Shown here: positions 37,471 through 51,534 of the stretch, in pieces
Numbering within the stretch: the first letter of the stretch is position 1
Layout of the letters: the number at the start of each line of letters is the position of its first letter
NCBI RefSeq assembly: GCF_018977255.1
Contig: NW_024704743.1
Span: forward strand, 113,708,001-113,772,000
Direction: 5' to 3'
DNA length: 64,000 bases
Source of the DNA: Callorhinchus milii
Taxonomy: Eukaryota
Made by a program: the position numbers and the translations under genes
The notes under the pieces: generated by a model
Told to the model about the DNA's origin: nothing
The model's input: the letters and a program-made list of their open reading frames with translations, nothing else
The model's database searches: none

Positions 37471-38342
37471 TAGCTACGTTAGTCAGGTACAATCTTATAT
37501 AGTCAACTAAATTAATCTGTCCTGCTATAAGTCACAGCAGGTGATGAGGTTGCTGCAGAGACACAATGACATTTATATGCTAAAGATTACACGTGTAGAT
37601 CCAGACTGGTAGTGATCAATCAACTCCTACTCACCTCCCAACCCCGAAGCTCTGTTACCAGAACTGATTTAGAGGCTTCAGTAGATTGTGAAAAAAATAA
37701 AATGTAACATTTTAAACAGGGCAATTCAATCAGGAACATCTGAAACGGTCGCTTCATCCCCAATGCTAAAGAGCAAAGCCCCCCACCCACACCCAGTGAG
37801 GAGGTTGTCCGCTTTGGAAGAAAATATCAAGAAAGGATTAAAGGACATCAAAAGTAACCCCAGAGGGAGAGTGATGAATTTAAACAAAATTGACAGTAGA
37901 ACACAAGAGAAGTACAATACAGTAATTTAGACATTTACTTTATTAAAAAAAATCTTGCACTGTGCAAAGATTCTGAAATAAACAGGATCATTTAACTGTC
38001 CTTTTCCAGCGCCTGGAGCATAGAATCCTGCTAGTTATTTTACCTTTAAAATTGTGCCAAATCCTTCAGTAGTTTACAACACATTTGCTCCACAATGAAA
38101 ATATGTGCAAAAGATTCTCCTTAACGTGTTGACATAAACTTAGACCCATATAAATTAGTATACTTTGTAAAAACTTTTCTTACTTTCACTCCCAAACAGG
38201 TTTTATGACAACGTTTGCAAAGGGATTTAACACAGTAAAAAGATGTGTACTTATATTTTTATCTTTTCTATAGCTTTTGGAGGAGGGTTTTAGTTGTGCT
38301 GCTCCAAAGCACATTAGGGGTTTGAGATGTTGAGATCTATGA

Positions 38343-38840
38343 AGAGGAATTTCACCGGCATCCAGATTTACTCTGTTTATGTCGCACTCCCAGAATTTGG
38401 CAATCTTTTAAATACAACCTTAACTTTCAAGCTGCTTTTCTTTAAATATCTTGTAAGAACTACAGAAAACAGACTTCAAAGTTAACAACAACAACAAAAT
38501 TACAAGTTAAGATTGAATTTCAAAATTTGCCTAATTCTGCCCACCCTAAAATGATACATTAATTGGTCCAGGTGGAATTTCGCCCTGTCTCATAATTAGC
38601 AAACCACATTTGTTGCATTATTTCGCAACTAATGGCTTTGGTTTATGAAATTTGCCATTCGCAGCCAGTACATTGAGATTCCCAAATTGGCAAATTCCGA
38701 AAAAAGGCAAATTCCAAGCAAAATGCTGATGGAAAACAGCTAAAAGTGTATATTTTCGAGAAATGCATACGATGAAAACTTTTGACCGCACTTAGCTACA
38801 GACTAGAAAATAAAGTAAACCTGGTGGTGTAAAATTCTAA
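38343..38840. mobile_element. Putative MITE with imperfect terminal inverted repeats
   Basis: Left end gaatttcaccggcatccagatttactctgttt versus reverse complement of right end gaattttacaccaccaggtttactttattt. Confidence 0.45.
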
Positions 38841-39651
38841 TTATTGTTGATTTTAGAACAATGTGTTAGGAACATAGGAACAGTGAATCCAGTGAAGTAC
38901 TTTGAGACATCCTTTGCTGTATCAAATGCGAGGATTATTATTATATTTCAGGGAGTGATCATTCAGCCCCTGCGAGTCTGTTCTATTTGTTCCAATGTGC
39001 TGTTTAAATGAAGTTGTCACAAATAATGATGGTTTCTGGTTGTTTACTTCAAATAGTGTTCCAGTTAAATATAGACCACCAGAATTGTGCATGAGCTCTG
39101 CTCAGTGGTTCATGTTAGAATAATTGTTTGTGCAATGTCGGTGATTCAAATGTGAATTCAATTGTGTCTAAACACTGAACAGTTTCTACTTTGGACTATA
39201 TAGAGGCCACTATGGTCAACCTTGAGTTTTTAGGCAAATGGTGTAACAGAGAGAATATTTAGCAGCTTTGAAGTTGCAATTGCTGAAGCCATAATCTGGC
39301 AGATCTACAACAGAGTCACATGTTTTTTTAATCCCTGAAGTATAGACCTGTTTTTTCCATCCAGAACATCCTGTCTGAAATCTGCTGTACAATACCCATT
39401 CTTTTACCTTTTGAATCATTACCGTCTACGCTTAGGGGTTTATATAGTTGTGCCAAGAAAGTAAGAGGAGTCAGGATCTGATTAACGTCTCAAATACAGT
39501 TTGCAGAACCTAATAAGATCTTTGTCTGGTAGGTGGGTGGGGGCGGGGGGGAGTGAGAGATGAATAACCTTTAGGTTTTAGATCCCTATTACCTCTAAAC
39601 AGTAATTTTGCCTTATTCTACTTTTTATTGTTCTTTTGTGCACTTAAAATG

Positions 39652-40003
39652 TAATAATAAAAATCCTTGCTTCTGATATAGCACCTTTCAGGAGGACACT
39701 TCAAAATGCTTCAGAGGATTCACAGTAATGTGAATTAACTGCATATTTTGTTGGCAAAACATGGCAGCCAATTGCGTACGGAAATGTCCCACAAACAGTC
39801 GTGGATTGAAGCGACTACTTCATTATTCTTATTTTTTTATTATTATTACTTTTTTGAAGGAATTATTAACCCCGCAAAAGCGATCCAACAATCAACTAAC
39901 AACCGGGTTCCTACTTACTGCTACGTAAACAGAGGCGCGTAGAGTAAGGAAACTTGCCCAACGTTTCGACCTGCCGGGAATTGAACCCAGGTCTCTTGCT
40001 CTC
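39652..40003 (-). mobile_element. Long-form SINE
   Basis: Tail, body, aaccgggttcctacttactgc segment, B box gaattgaacc. Confidence 0.87.
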
Positions 40004-41054
40004 ATACTATAAATCTAACAGAAGTGGTTGGCATTAAAGTCACATGGGATGGGAGTGGGATATGTTACCACAGGAGTTTGGCCTGAAACTTAGTGCGTTA
40101 TTGTGGTACTGATTCTCTTTCAGCAGATTTATACGTTTAAGTCCTTCCCTTGTTGCTTTGGATTTGCTTTTGGGAACATCTCTTGTTTTTGTGAAGATGA
40201 TACGTGCAGATAATCCATATTAACATCTTTACATTGAAAGCCATCAATGGTATGAAAAAATAATACGTAAGATGGTAGGATCATATTCTTCACTTTTTAT
40301 TTCTTACTCCAAGCAGGAATTGTCCCAGTACATTGTTGTGTTCTTGGGCGTGAATTCAATGTGTAACAGCTTGGATAGATTGCAAAAGGTATTAGAAATA
40401 TAATACGCCAAAATACAGATGTCATTGGGAAGATGATTTACAGAGAGAGACAGAGATAAATGCGGATGCATCATGGTGAACAAGAAAAGGTTAAATACAG
40501 TACAGTATTTTACATAACCATCCGGTAAAACAACAATAACTTTAGGCCACGGAAAAGAGTATGGAAAGCTAAGGTGTTTGCAGGCAAAGATTTCTGGGAA
40601 ATAGCCAAGACTGATATAATTTGGCTGGATTTAAATCTAACCTGTTTTCCCTTTTTCTCTCTTTCTACTTCCTTGTGCGTCTGTGTTGTAGTCAGGTTCG
40701 GCAATATCTAACTTCTGCTACAATCTTTGCCATAGTTTGAGATACACTGTGATGTTTATAAAAAGGAACTAGTTACAATTCAAAACATCTTTTTGAACCA
40801 TGTACAAAGTGGAGCTGGCTTTGATGTATCTGATGAGATGCTGTACATGTGGAAATGTACCGTATCTCACCGTATCCAGCTACATTCAGTGTGCTACTTA
40901 AACACTGTAGTACCAAAGGAGGATGGATTGTGGAAAGCACGATGGGAACACAATGAGGGAGAAGCTAAGTCCAGCTTTACTCTATGTTTGCTTCACAGAC
41001 TCCATTCTAATGCCATTACAGTTCTTAAGACTTCTTAAAGGCCTTCAAAATAAA

Positions 41055-41230
41055 ATAATAATAATTTGGTCACTCAATCCACAACTGTTTGTGGGATATT
41101 GTTCGGCTCTGCGTTTCACTCACAAAATATACAGTCAATTCACTTTGCAGTATATTCTGTGAAGCGCTTTGAGACGTCTCAATGATGTGGTGAGGCACTA
41201 TATCAAATGCAAGAATTTTTATTATTATTA
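41055..41230 (+). mobile_element. SINE 3' half
   Basis: ttggtcactcaatccac...atcaaatgcaag. Confidence 0.85.
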
Positions 41231-41339
41231 AGAAGTCTTAACAATTGTAATGACATCAGAATAGTGGTCATTCATAAATCCTGGGCCAAACAGAACTTAC
41301 AATGCAGTTATACTACAAAATACATAATCACTACAGACT

Positions 41340-41460
41340 AATCTAAAAAGGAATAAAGTACAAGGGGTTAAAGGCAGGTAAATTGAACTAAAAGGATTGT
41401 TCTTTAAACAGGCATCATGGGCTGAATGGGCTTCTTCTGTGCTGCACATTTCTAGGGTTT
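41340..41460 (+). mobile_element. CR1 3'UTR remnant
   Basis: catcatgggctgaatgggcttcttctgtgctg. Confidence 0.55.
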
Positions 41461-42424
41461 CTACAGTAAATTCTGTAAAGCGCTTAATGACGTTTTGATG
41501 ACATGATAAGGCATTATATCAAATCCAAGAAGTGTTTATTATTATACCATGTATCTGCACCAATTCAATGCAATTGGCACATTGAATCTATCCAGTGTAA
41601 GTTCAGCTTTTTGAAGTTCACAATTCAATACAAACATGGGTGTGCAGCTGCTATAGTGAAGAAGTAATTTAACAGGCAGGATTTATAGTGGCTGAACATC
41701 AGTTGCAATCTGACTGTAGCGGCTGTGAAGTAAGTATTTGAATATTTTAAATGTTCCATTTGACGCTCTTAAATTTGAGTAAGGGAGTTAGAGGGTTTCA
41801 CGGAGCTTCACTCATATTAAAAATTGACCAGCATTTGGCTCAAGTTAGCTGGCTCATTCAGAATTTACAGCATGAGTTAAGGTGATTGAATTCCCATCCA
41901 ATAATTGTCTCAACTGGTAAATTGAATCCATCGGCATAAAATATTTAACACCACGTTGAACTACATGAGAATAAGCAAACTAGCCAGTAGCATTAACGCC
42001 TGGAATATCCTTTACCAATTAGAATTAAATTGGGATGAACATTCTGGTAGTGAGAAAATACTTCCCTTTCTGGTTTACGGCACCTGATTCCCTTGGCCTA
42101 TGAAGTTGTTGTTGTTGTATGAAGCACTCAGGTGTTAGACTAGATGTTTTGGGCTTCGACATCATAAGAAAATGATAACTTCAGTGCTCCGAGACTCTGC
42201 CTCCTATGACGGCATTGTATGAATCCAAGTTGTTGCTGTAAATTTATTACAAAAGGAATCTCATTCTGTTAGCAACAGTATTTTGAGCACAAGAAAGGTT
42301 TTTTTATAAACCGTCTCCAGCTCCCTTTCCCCCTAACTGTGACTCCCAGTCAGATGTATGGAACACTTTGAAACATGAAAGATGCCATATAAATGTAAAT
42401 TTAAAATGCAGTGCTGATTCCAAA

Positions 42425-42497
42425 TCCCTGACTGTCCAGCACTTGGGACGTCCTCCCGACATGAAAGGGCCTATACAAATGTAATTTGTATTGTTTT
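42425..42497 (+). mobile_element. Solo L2 tail
   Basis: ctgactgtccagcacttgggacgtcctcccgacatgaaagggcctatacaaatgtaattt. Confidence 0.8.
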
Positions 42498-42859
42498 GAT
42501 TCATGGTCATTTTCAATATAATAAAGGGACATTCCGTACAGCAACATAATTTAACAAATTCTATTGAGGCAGCTGTTAGCTGTTTGAATGCCAATCTTGT
42601 CCTACATGTGTTAATACTGCACTTTGGGACATCCTCCCGATGTGAAAGGCGCTATTTCAATGTAGATTTGCATTGTGTTGTAGTACTGTAGTATTTTCAA
42701 CACGAAGGAAACAAACATTGGTCTCTGCCGCTTGCATTTTGGTCACCTGAACTTTTAATTGCTAGTTAAGATGTTTGTGACATAATTTAAATGAACTTCA
42801 ATTAGCAATGATTCCAAAGAGTCACACTGGAGTTTAAAATGAAGTGCAGGTGCTCAGTT

Positions 42860-42902
42860 GAGAGAGTGAGAGAAAGAGAGAGAGAGAGTGAAAGAGAGAG
42901 AG
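42860..42902. repeat. Imperfect (GA)n microsatellite
   Basis: Direct. Confidence 0.8.
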
Positions 42903-42974
42903 TCACACATTTGTTTATCAGTAGTGAGAGGAGATGTGTGCTTTACCATTGGATTTTGATCAGAGTTCCATCAA

Positions 42975-43123
42975 GTTGTGGGTCATTGATGTGCATAACT
43001 GGCTGCCGTATTTCGTCCATAAAATATACAATCACTACACTTTACAATACATTCTATGAAGCACTTTGAGATGTCTCAATGACATGATAGAGCGCTATAT
43101 CAAATGCAAGGATAATTATTATT
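42975..43123 (+). mobile_element. SINE 3' half
   Basis: ggctgccgtatttcg...gcgctatatcaaatgcaagga. Confidence 0.8.
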
Positions 43124-44039
43124 AAACTTAACCAGGGTTGCTTTGAGCCACAGTTTGCAGACTGAGAAGATCAGTCTCCGCTGTCTGTATCACTGCTGAT
43201 GCGGTCACATTGGGAGCTGAAGGCTGGGGTGCTTTATTTATTTCCTGTGCCTGGCTCTTAATGGAGACTCACCTGTCAAAACTGTCACATTCAAGGACAG
43301 CTACACCTGAGGCTCCAGGACTGTACAGCTGGGAGTCAGAGAGAGAGAAGGTCATTCACACAGCTCCTTCGCATTCATGCAGGGGCATGTAATCCGCACT
43401 TTGACGCAGCCCACCTTTCATGTCCCTGAGAAGTGCTCTGGGGGCTAGCAGGACATGAAAAACCCTTCTGTTGTATGTGCTTTTGTCACAGAGCCAGCGT
43501 CTAAAGTGTGCAAAGTTCTGTCAGACCTACGACACTTTGATATATTTTTTCCCAGGGCTTCAAAAGAATCGGCACACAATGGAGGAGTGACTTCAGGGTA
43601 TGCAGGAGTAGCCAAGACTCTATTAGTTAAATCATCCTCTTTATATAGCTGGCACTGGTTTAGATATTACGTTGGGTGGAGGTGGATGTTTAGGAAGGAA
43701 ATAGTCTTGTTAGTGGTTTCTCAGACTGCATGTTTCATGCCTAAGGACATTTTTCTGGCCACTTCAGGTTTGACACTATCTTGGTTAAAAAAAAAGAGTG
43801 AAATGCACGTCAAAAAGACTGAGTAAGAACATGCACAAGATTCATGTATGTCCCTGTTTAAAATTTTCTCAGATAAGAGAGAAGATATAAAAAGGCAAAC
43901 CATATTTAAAGCGACAAAGGATACCTTTTGTTTCTTTCTGCAGAGAAAATTTGTGAACAGAAAATTGCTTTAAGTAATGAGGCCTGAGATATACTGAAAA
44001 AAACAATTAGAGACCTCCCCAACAATACAAAACAATTTA

Positions 44040-44145
44040 TTAATAATAATAATAATCCTTGCATTTGATAAAGTGCCTTTTCACATCTCAAAGTGCTTCA
44101 CAGAATATATTGTAAATTGAATTGACTGTATATTTTGTGAGTGAA
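44040..44145 (-). mobile_element. SINE 3' tail
   Basis: aataataatccttgcatttgata...cacagaatat. Confidence 0.8.
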
Positions 44146-44529
44146 AGAAAAATGACAATACATCTCAAAACACTTGAGATTGTTGGCTGGGCACCCAAGG
44201 TTGGGGTGGGAGCCAAAGGTGGGTGGGGAAAGGAAAGATGACCGAAAGCCCGTTCAAAGAGGTAGGTCTTAAATATCCACAACAGGAAATATCCAGAGCC
44301 AATGGCATAGTGACAGGATGGGTCCTCTTAAATGAAATGCAAATGAGATTTTGCTGAAATAACATTTTATTATTTTACTGAGTTTGGAAATAAATCTTGC
44401 TCCAGTGTCTGGCCAACGTGCCACAAATGCTGGGACACATGAAATATTGCAGTGATTGCTTCCAATAATAATAATAATAAGCCTTACATTTTAGTATAAC
44501 ATCTCAAAGTGCTTTGCAGGATATAGTAC

Positions 44530-44955
44530 CCCATCACACTAGTTCTAGCCAGGCTCCACTGGATCCCTATCACCAAACGGATTGATTTCATTTTCAAATC
44601 CCTTCATGCCCTGGCACCTCCCTATTCTCTCCAACCTGCTTACCCTCCCAACCCACAATCCACTGCCTCCGCTCAACTGGCTCTGGCCTCCTGCATGTTC
44701 CTCGTGCCCTCCCTTCCACCATTGTTGGCCGTGCTTTCAGCCACTACGCCCGGAAACTAGGGAACACTCTTCCTCTATCCTTCCACCTTGTCCCTTCCTT
44801 CCCCATCTTCAGGTGGTGCCTGAAAACCTTCCTCTTCGCTGAGCCTACAGTTACCTCACCCTCCCTCCGGCTTGGGATCGTGCTCCGCCACTGTCAAGTG
44901 CTCTGGACACTACCCTGCTTGAGCATCGCTATATAAATGCAAGCTGCTGTTGTTA
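44530..44955 (+). mobile_element. L2 3' fragment
   Basis: LARLHW...FKSLHALAP.. motif and tail gctatataaatgcaagctgctgttg. Confidence 0.85.
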
Positions 44956-45054
44956 CTGTAAAGTAAGATGACTGTGTGTTTGTAACAGTCGAGGGCTTCG
45001 CAAAAGCAGCAATGTGAAATATAGGCATCAGGGTGAGGAAGTTGTAGGGATGTG

Positions 45055-45355
45055 GTGGGGGTTGCATTGTCGGAGGTATCGTCCTTCGGATGAAACGTTA
45101 TTCCAAGATCTGCTTCTTCAGGTGGAACTGTTCAAAAAGAGAATGGAGTTTCTCCCGGTGACCTGGCCAACAATCCGCCAAATAAAATTGATCATTCATT
45201 TCATGACTGTTTGTGGGACATTGCTGTGTGCAATTGTGTGGCCACGTTTGCCTACAAATACAAGATCACTCCATTCCACAGCAATTCCTGTGATGTACTT
45301 TGAGACGTCCTTCTGACATGCTAAGGTGCTACACCAAATGCAAGGATTATTATTA
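45055..45355 (+). mobile_element. Deu-type SINE, 5'-truncated
   Basis: tgcattgtcggaggtatcgtccttcggatga (Deu block) plus the shared 3' module and (ATT)n tail. Confidence 0.75.
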
Positions 45356-45909
45356 GCAGTAGTATTAGTATTAGTATTATGTATTAGGAGAACGTCCTCC
45401 TGACGTGAAAGGCGCTTTATAAATGGAATCTTGTTGTTGTTGTTGATGTGTTCTCAGAATTCTTGCAGAACCTGATGTAAAGGTTTTCTCATTGCATTCT
45501 TAAATTATATAGTGACTTCACAACCATGGGGACCAAGGATGAAAATTAATTGCAACAAACATCATGAGAAAAATAGAGTATTTTATTATACAGATTTAGG
45601 TTAACCCATTCACAAATCAAGGAAATAATCTGTGGTTACTTATGGTTATTTGATTTTATACGTTTCACGGAGAGACAAAAACTCTTAATTTAAGAAGCTT
45701 TTCTCCCGGTTTTGAGGCAGGTTGATTCATCAAAGCACGGATTTGTTTCTGAGGACAAGTGGTTAGTGAGCAGCAGCCTGAAGCTAGGGCTTTGCCCAAC
45801 TCAGGGAATGAGACAATGAGCTACTGGTTTGAAACTAGGTCAGATATCACAGATCTTCCCTTCACTTCTACTGCATCTCTTTTATCTCTAACAAAATACA
45901 AAATAAAAA

Positions 45910-46017
45910 AACATTTTGCCCACAAAATACACAGTCGCTATACTTTACAGTATATTCTTTGAGACTATTGACGACGTGATAATGTGCTGTGTCAAATGCA
46001 AGGATTATTATTATTAT
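45910..46017 (+). mobile_element. SINE 3' tail
   Basis: gcccacaaaatacacagtc...caaatgcaaggattattattatt. Confidence 0.8.
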
Positions 46018-49000
46018 CCATTATAACACCAGTCAGTGTTTACCTGCCCCCACAACAATGGCTGGGAGAAAATATGCACAGCGAAGAATAAGGTAACTCT
46101 AAACTTTTATAGCACTCAGTATTTCACTTCTAATTTTTTCCTCATCTTTCTTAATCCAAACTGAAAGTGAAGATTAGGCAGGCTGTTAAAATGATAAATA
46201 AGAAAATTGAATTAGGAAAGTTTGGCCAGATTTAAGAAATATCACTTTGACCTTGCGTTGGGAACAATTTCAGCTTTGACAATGAACAATGGCTCACTGC
46301 TGGGCTCATGTCGAAGAACTCTGAGATCCATTATTGCATAGTCAGTCCTTCTAAAAATCAAATTAGATTTTCCAACAACAAAACCCACTTTTAATGGGGC
46401 TTCATGCCAAACTCACATTATTTGAATAACAAAATCTGAACTTTTGTGCATAGTCATAGCATAAAACAGAGACACTGCAGTTAGTTTCACTCCTTCCATT
46501 AGCTTTTCAAGAGGAATGTATCTCCGGGAGTAAGTTAAATATTATAACTGGTAACATATGTCCCAGACTCCCAAGTATTCTTATGTTTCATATCCCTTGA
46601 TTTTTTTTCCTGAAATATTCCCATTTACAGAACTCGCTCGCAAAGTTCTGTATATTCTCCATCCTGGCACTGAACGGAGGGCACTCCCTCTCTCAATTGT
46701 CTCTGGATGTGGAGTGGATAGACATTTGAACTCCTGGCTTCTGTGGTTGGTAACCCTGTAATACTGTATGCAGTGCTTGGGAGTTTTGCAGGCTTCAAGT
46801 ATTTAGTAAGCACCAGGAAACAAGGCTTGTTTCCAGAAGCTTTCTTTCCTCTAACAACTCATCACATGATATGATAAGAATCTGCTCTTAGACAATAACA
46901 CCAAGGTTAAAGCAGCATTACCTGATTGTGTCTCTTAATGCCATCTTACCCCCAGTGTAGTGCTTCGTGTCCTAGGATAAACTGCCCTTTCTCAGAGCTA
47001 TTATTATTGTTATTATCACTACTATTAGTAACCCTTAGGGCACTGGACTGATTTTACATGAAAGGCAGCTTGATGCTGTGATCGGAGGACTTCAGGGTGA
47101 GTGTTCTGGAGGGATAAGATCAAATGGGTTGAAGGGCCTTCTTCACCTGAATAAATCTTGAGATCCTGTATAGAGCTTCCTTCTCGTGCCATTGTCTTTT
47201 GTTCAAAGCATCTTTTGGTTACTCACATAAGGTTACCAATGTGAATGGGTGTGTTTTTTAGCACCATAATGTGTTAATTAACACATCTGAGATATGAATA
47301 TGTGAATTATAAGCATACGTGTCACACTGCACATCATCTGAAGAGGTGCTTTTTCAAGGTTATTTCTTAAATCACCAAGTAATATTTTTTCTTACCGATC
47401 AGAGTAAATGGAAGTGTGCCATGAATATCGAATGTCTTTTAAACAACAGGAGTAAAGTTGGTTGAGAAAAGACCATTTGGTCTCTGAATCACACCCTCCA
47501 GTAATATGAATTGTCCTATCATTGCATTCTGAATACAATACAACTTTACATTTCTATACCGACTTTCACATTGGGAGGTCATCCCAAGGTGCTTAAATAT
47601 CCACAGTGCTATTATCTCTATTATTGATTGATAATTTATTTCAAATATTTATAACTATTTGAGTGAAGACTTTCTCCTAACATTTGTCCTTCACAAGCCT
47701 GACAACTTACATGGCCTAAGCATGTACATTTATTTTATCTCACAGTTTCAGTCAGTTGTTTAAAGTGCTTTGAGATGTCCTCCCGATGTGAAAGCGGCTT
47801 ATATCAGTTTGCACAAGTTAAGTTAGCGTTTGCCTACAAAACACAGTCACTGTGCTGTGAGACATTCCTCCACCCCACTTCCCCCTGACCTGAAAAGCAT
47901 TGTATCAAATGCAAGGATTGTTATAAATTTAAATTGTTTTTGTCAATTTGAACCGACTTCCAAATGTCCTCAATTCTGTATAATCTAACATCTTAAGACA
48001 AAAGTGATTCTTATTAGCTAGGACTAGGTGAAATTTCAGGAAGAGGATAGGGGAGAAGATAAGACTTTTTTGTAAGAAACACTTTCCTTCTCCTAAAACA
48101 TATTGCATTCACGAACAGAATGGATCACTTCTAATTGTTAATCTCTTTAAGTTACCAATTGTATAAGTAAAAAAATGTCTTTAAGTTTGGAATGACTTGC
48201 TTCAGAGTTAGAACCAGGAAAGCTTTCACACCCACAGGGAGTATGATGCAGCTAGGCATCATCAACTTATGTTCAGATAAGTTTGCTTTGCAGCAGTCCA
48301 AATAAATCTCTTTACAGATAAGACCCAGGGTTTAGTGCAGAGCTGTAATCAGAGCTGCTGTTCCATATTTCATGAAAAAGCATCTTTGAAGGTGGAAAAT
48401 CATACGCAGGGAAGCAGAGAATTTTACAACGCCCTGTGGTTTTTCATGCAGTCGCTTATGACACACCATCCCACACAGATGGTGCCATTAGTTAGCTCGT
48501 TCAAATGTGACACTGACTAATTTTATTACAGTTGTGTCCTGTTCTGGGTGCTTGAATGGCTTTGCAACTGTCGGCCCCTCTTCTGCCACAGATGTAGATG
48601 TACTTTCCTCCTCAGACAGGTTTTATGGTGGAAATTGATACAGCTCCGCGGTAGAATTTCTGTATAAATTATTCACGCATGGCAGGCTTTCTGCACCCAA
48701 AGATCTGGAAGCTTTCCATCCTATTCAGGGAAATTGCTTTTTGAATCACTTCTTATCTCCTTAATAATGTAGGCTCCTGACAACCATTGAAAGTTAGGGT
48801 TTATCTGTATCAGTGTTATTATCACAGAAACATTAGCTTTTGGGTTGGGTACATTTAATGACCGATGGTCAAATTGCAATTTTTGCCATATTTCATACCT
48901 AATATGAATTAAATTGCCTAGACGCTGTGATGAAACTGATACATCTAAGGGACAATAAAACAGATGGACTAAATTCGCATCTGCTAGCTATTCACCACTT

Positions 49001-49559
49001 TCTGATTTAAAATACTGCAGCCCATTACATGCATAATGATTTATAGGTTAATTCCTGAAATATCTTAATTTTTGTTGCTGTAGACAGAATGGACCCTCGC
49101 TAATGCCAATAACATCTGTTAAAATGAGCAGTTAATTGAAAAGAATTTTTGAATTGATGCTACATAGTCAGAGACTAGTGTCAAGTGATTTCATCTCAGC
49201 CTCTGGAGAAAACAGTAATGAAAGTCAACCATTTCTGAATTGTTTCAGTAACTTTTACACAATAAAATTCAACGAGTGGCATTGTAGTGTTCAACAAATA
49301 CCTAAAACATTAAAAAGTAAAATTGAAGGCATTTCTGATCTCAGCTAATAGAAGGCCTCCAGGCATGGCACTGTGTCTTATTAGCAACTGAACTGCAACA
49401 CTTTCCACTTGGGTTCTCGTCAGAAGGACTTTCAATGTTCCATTTCCCCTGACTTTTTAAAACTAGTTTTGATTGTTTGTTGTTAATGTTGCGATATTCT
49501 TAAAAAAATTCCATTCCTTATTGAAGGAAGAAAGTTAAAGTACGTTTTGAAATTTCCCG

Positions 49560-49680
49560 CCACACACACACAGACAGACGGCACACACACACGTCCCACA
49601 CACACACACACCCATGCGCCAACCTCTCCCCACACACACCCATGCGCCCCCCCCCCCCCCCCCACATGCACACACACACA
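49560..49680. repeat. Compound (CA)n repeat with poly-C run
   Basis: Direct. Includes two copies of cacacacacccatgcgcc. Confidence 0.85.
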
Positions 49681-49751
49681 TATATCTTTTGATTATCGGC
49701 AGCACCCAAATAACCTGGCTGGAAAGCCCCAAGTGCCTTCATCTTGGTATC

Positions 49752-49992
49752 TTCAGTAAGTAGGAACCCAGTTGTTAGTTGATTGGCAGATCGCTTTCTT
49801 GGACTAATAATCCCTCAAAAAAAAACTGGTCACTCAATCCACGATTGTTTGTGGGACACTGCTGTGCAAAATCAGCTGCGTCGTTTCCCCACAAAATACA
49901 GAGTCAATCCACTTTACAATATATTCTGTGAATCACTTTGAGACGTCTCAATGATGTGATAAGGTGCTATATCAAATGCAAGGATTATTATT
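49752..49992 (+). mobile_element. Long-form SINE, headless
   Basis: cagtaagtaggaacccagttgttag...atcaaatgcaaggattattatt. Confidence 0.87.
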
Positions 49993-50514
49993 AATATTAA
50001 AACTCTTGCTTAAAATCTGAGTCCAAGAAACCAAGAAGTCACTGTATTAATGGTAGGACACAATACCACAGGCCATTTAGCCTTTATATGGATAGATTTG
50101 AACCCTTCCTATACATCAGTTAAGAAAGAACTTGCAGAATTGCTGATAAGAACCTATAAACTTGCACTACTGTAGATTTTATTGAATGAAAACCACATTG
50201 TGTTCTGGTGTACTATAAAATAACAGTGAGTAATAGGGGTATTCATATGTTCCTCCCCAAATACTGCTACCAACTCTTGGTCTCACACTTTTATATCCCC
50301 TATAACCTCCACTTATGTACACAAATACTTGGCCACTCAAGAACTTTAAAGGGGAAGTGCATTTCCTTGCAATCCTAAATGTTACACTGCACTTACAGCA
50401 TCTCAATGACTCAATGACTCCTGCTTCAGAACTGCTGGTTAAAGGAAACGTAGAAGCAAACATTTTGTGAAGTAGAATCACTCTTGTAGCATTACGATAG
50501 TGATAATGTATTGT

Positions 50515-50937
50515 CAGCATCCTTGTTCTCGGCTCTGCTGGCTCCCCATCCCCCAGCAGATCGAATTCAAGATCCTCGTTCTCACTTTCAAATCCTTCCT
50601 CAGCCTTGCTCCACCCTATCTCTGTGACCTCCGCCTATACCTGGCCTGCCCTTGCTCAGTGAACTTTCTCCTGCTCGTGTACCCACCTTATCTGGCTGAC
50701 CATTTGCAGGCAAATCTTTGGTCATTTCACTCTCCCTCCCGGAGTCCCTCCAAAATGCCCCCCCCCCCCAACTTTGAAAGCTTACCTCTTTGATCATGCT
50801 TTCAGCTATCTTTGTCCTCCCCAACCTCTTCAGCCTCTCTTCCGCAGCTTGGGTGCCCTGCCAGCAATGTGAAGCACTTTGATACATCCTCCCGATGCGA
50901 AAGGCGCTATATAAATGTGAATTGCATTTTATTGTAT
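50515..50937 (+). mobile_element. L2 3' fragment
   Basis: RLCWLPIPQQIEFKILVLTFKS...LAPPYLCDL and tail catcctcccgatgcgaaaggcgctatataaatg. Confidence 0.87.
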
Positions 50938-51534
50938 TCACAATAACATGAGAAATGGTTCTACACAAAATCTCTGCTGTTCCCTAACCAGAATGGGACA
51001 TTATTAAACTGACAGATTGTAAGTGCACAGATTATCTCTATTAGAGCTTCCAGTGGAATATACTTTGCCTGGAATATACCAGTCAAAAGACAAATGTAGG
51101 TTGCAAAAAAAATCAATTAAGTTAATGCATGTACTTGTCCAGGAATGTGTTGACATTTAATCTAGTAAAAGGGGAATTACTGCAAGAAGACAGGTGAAGG
51201 AAAGACATGTGCTCGCAGGTTCTATATAGGCAATGAAATCAAAAACAAAAGCTCTTTGATTACAAGCATATTGGTTATGACAAGATTCCACATGTGCAAC
51301 GCTTTTTGCCTTCAGACAGGAAGCACTCATTTCCTAATTCCAGTGTCAGATCCATTTATTTAGCAATGGCAGGGTGTACATTACAATCGCAGGCCTTGCC
51401 AGAAATGCTACTGAATTTTCTGATTGAAGCTAATGGTGTCACAGGCAGGACACAGGGTCATGACATAAAGTGAACGTATAAGAAACAACAGAAGTCTTCC
51501 GTATTACAAGTCTCGTACTGCTTAATATTAAAAA

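Noticed and set aside
37688-37930. 80-aa protein-like ORF with a possible acceptor at about 37719
   Set aside because: No recognisable domain and no linked exons. The length is within chance expectation.
49483-49759. Overlapping ORFs rich in CV/HT/G/P
   Set aside because: Artefacts of the (CA)n and poly-C repeat.
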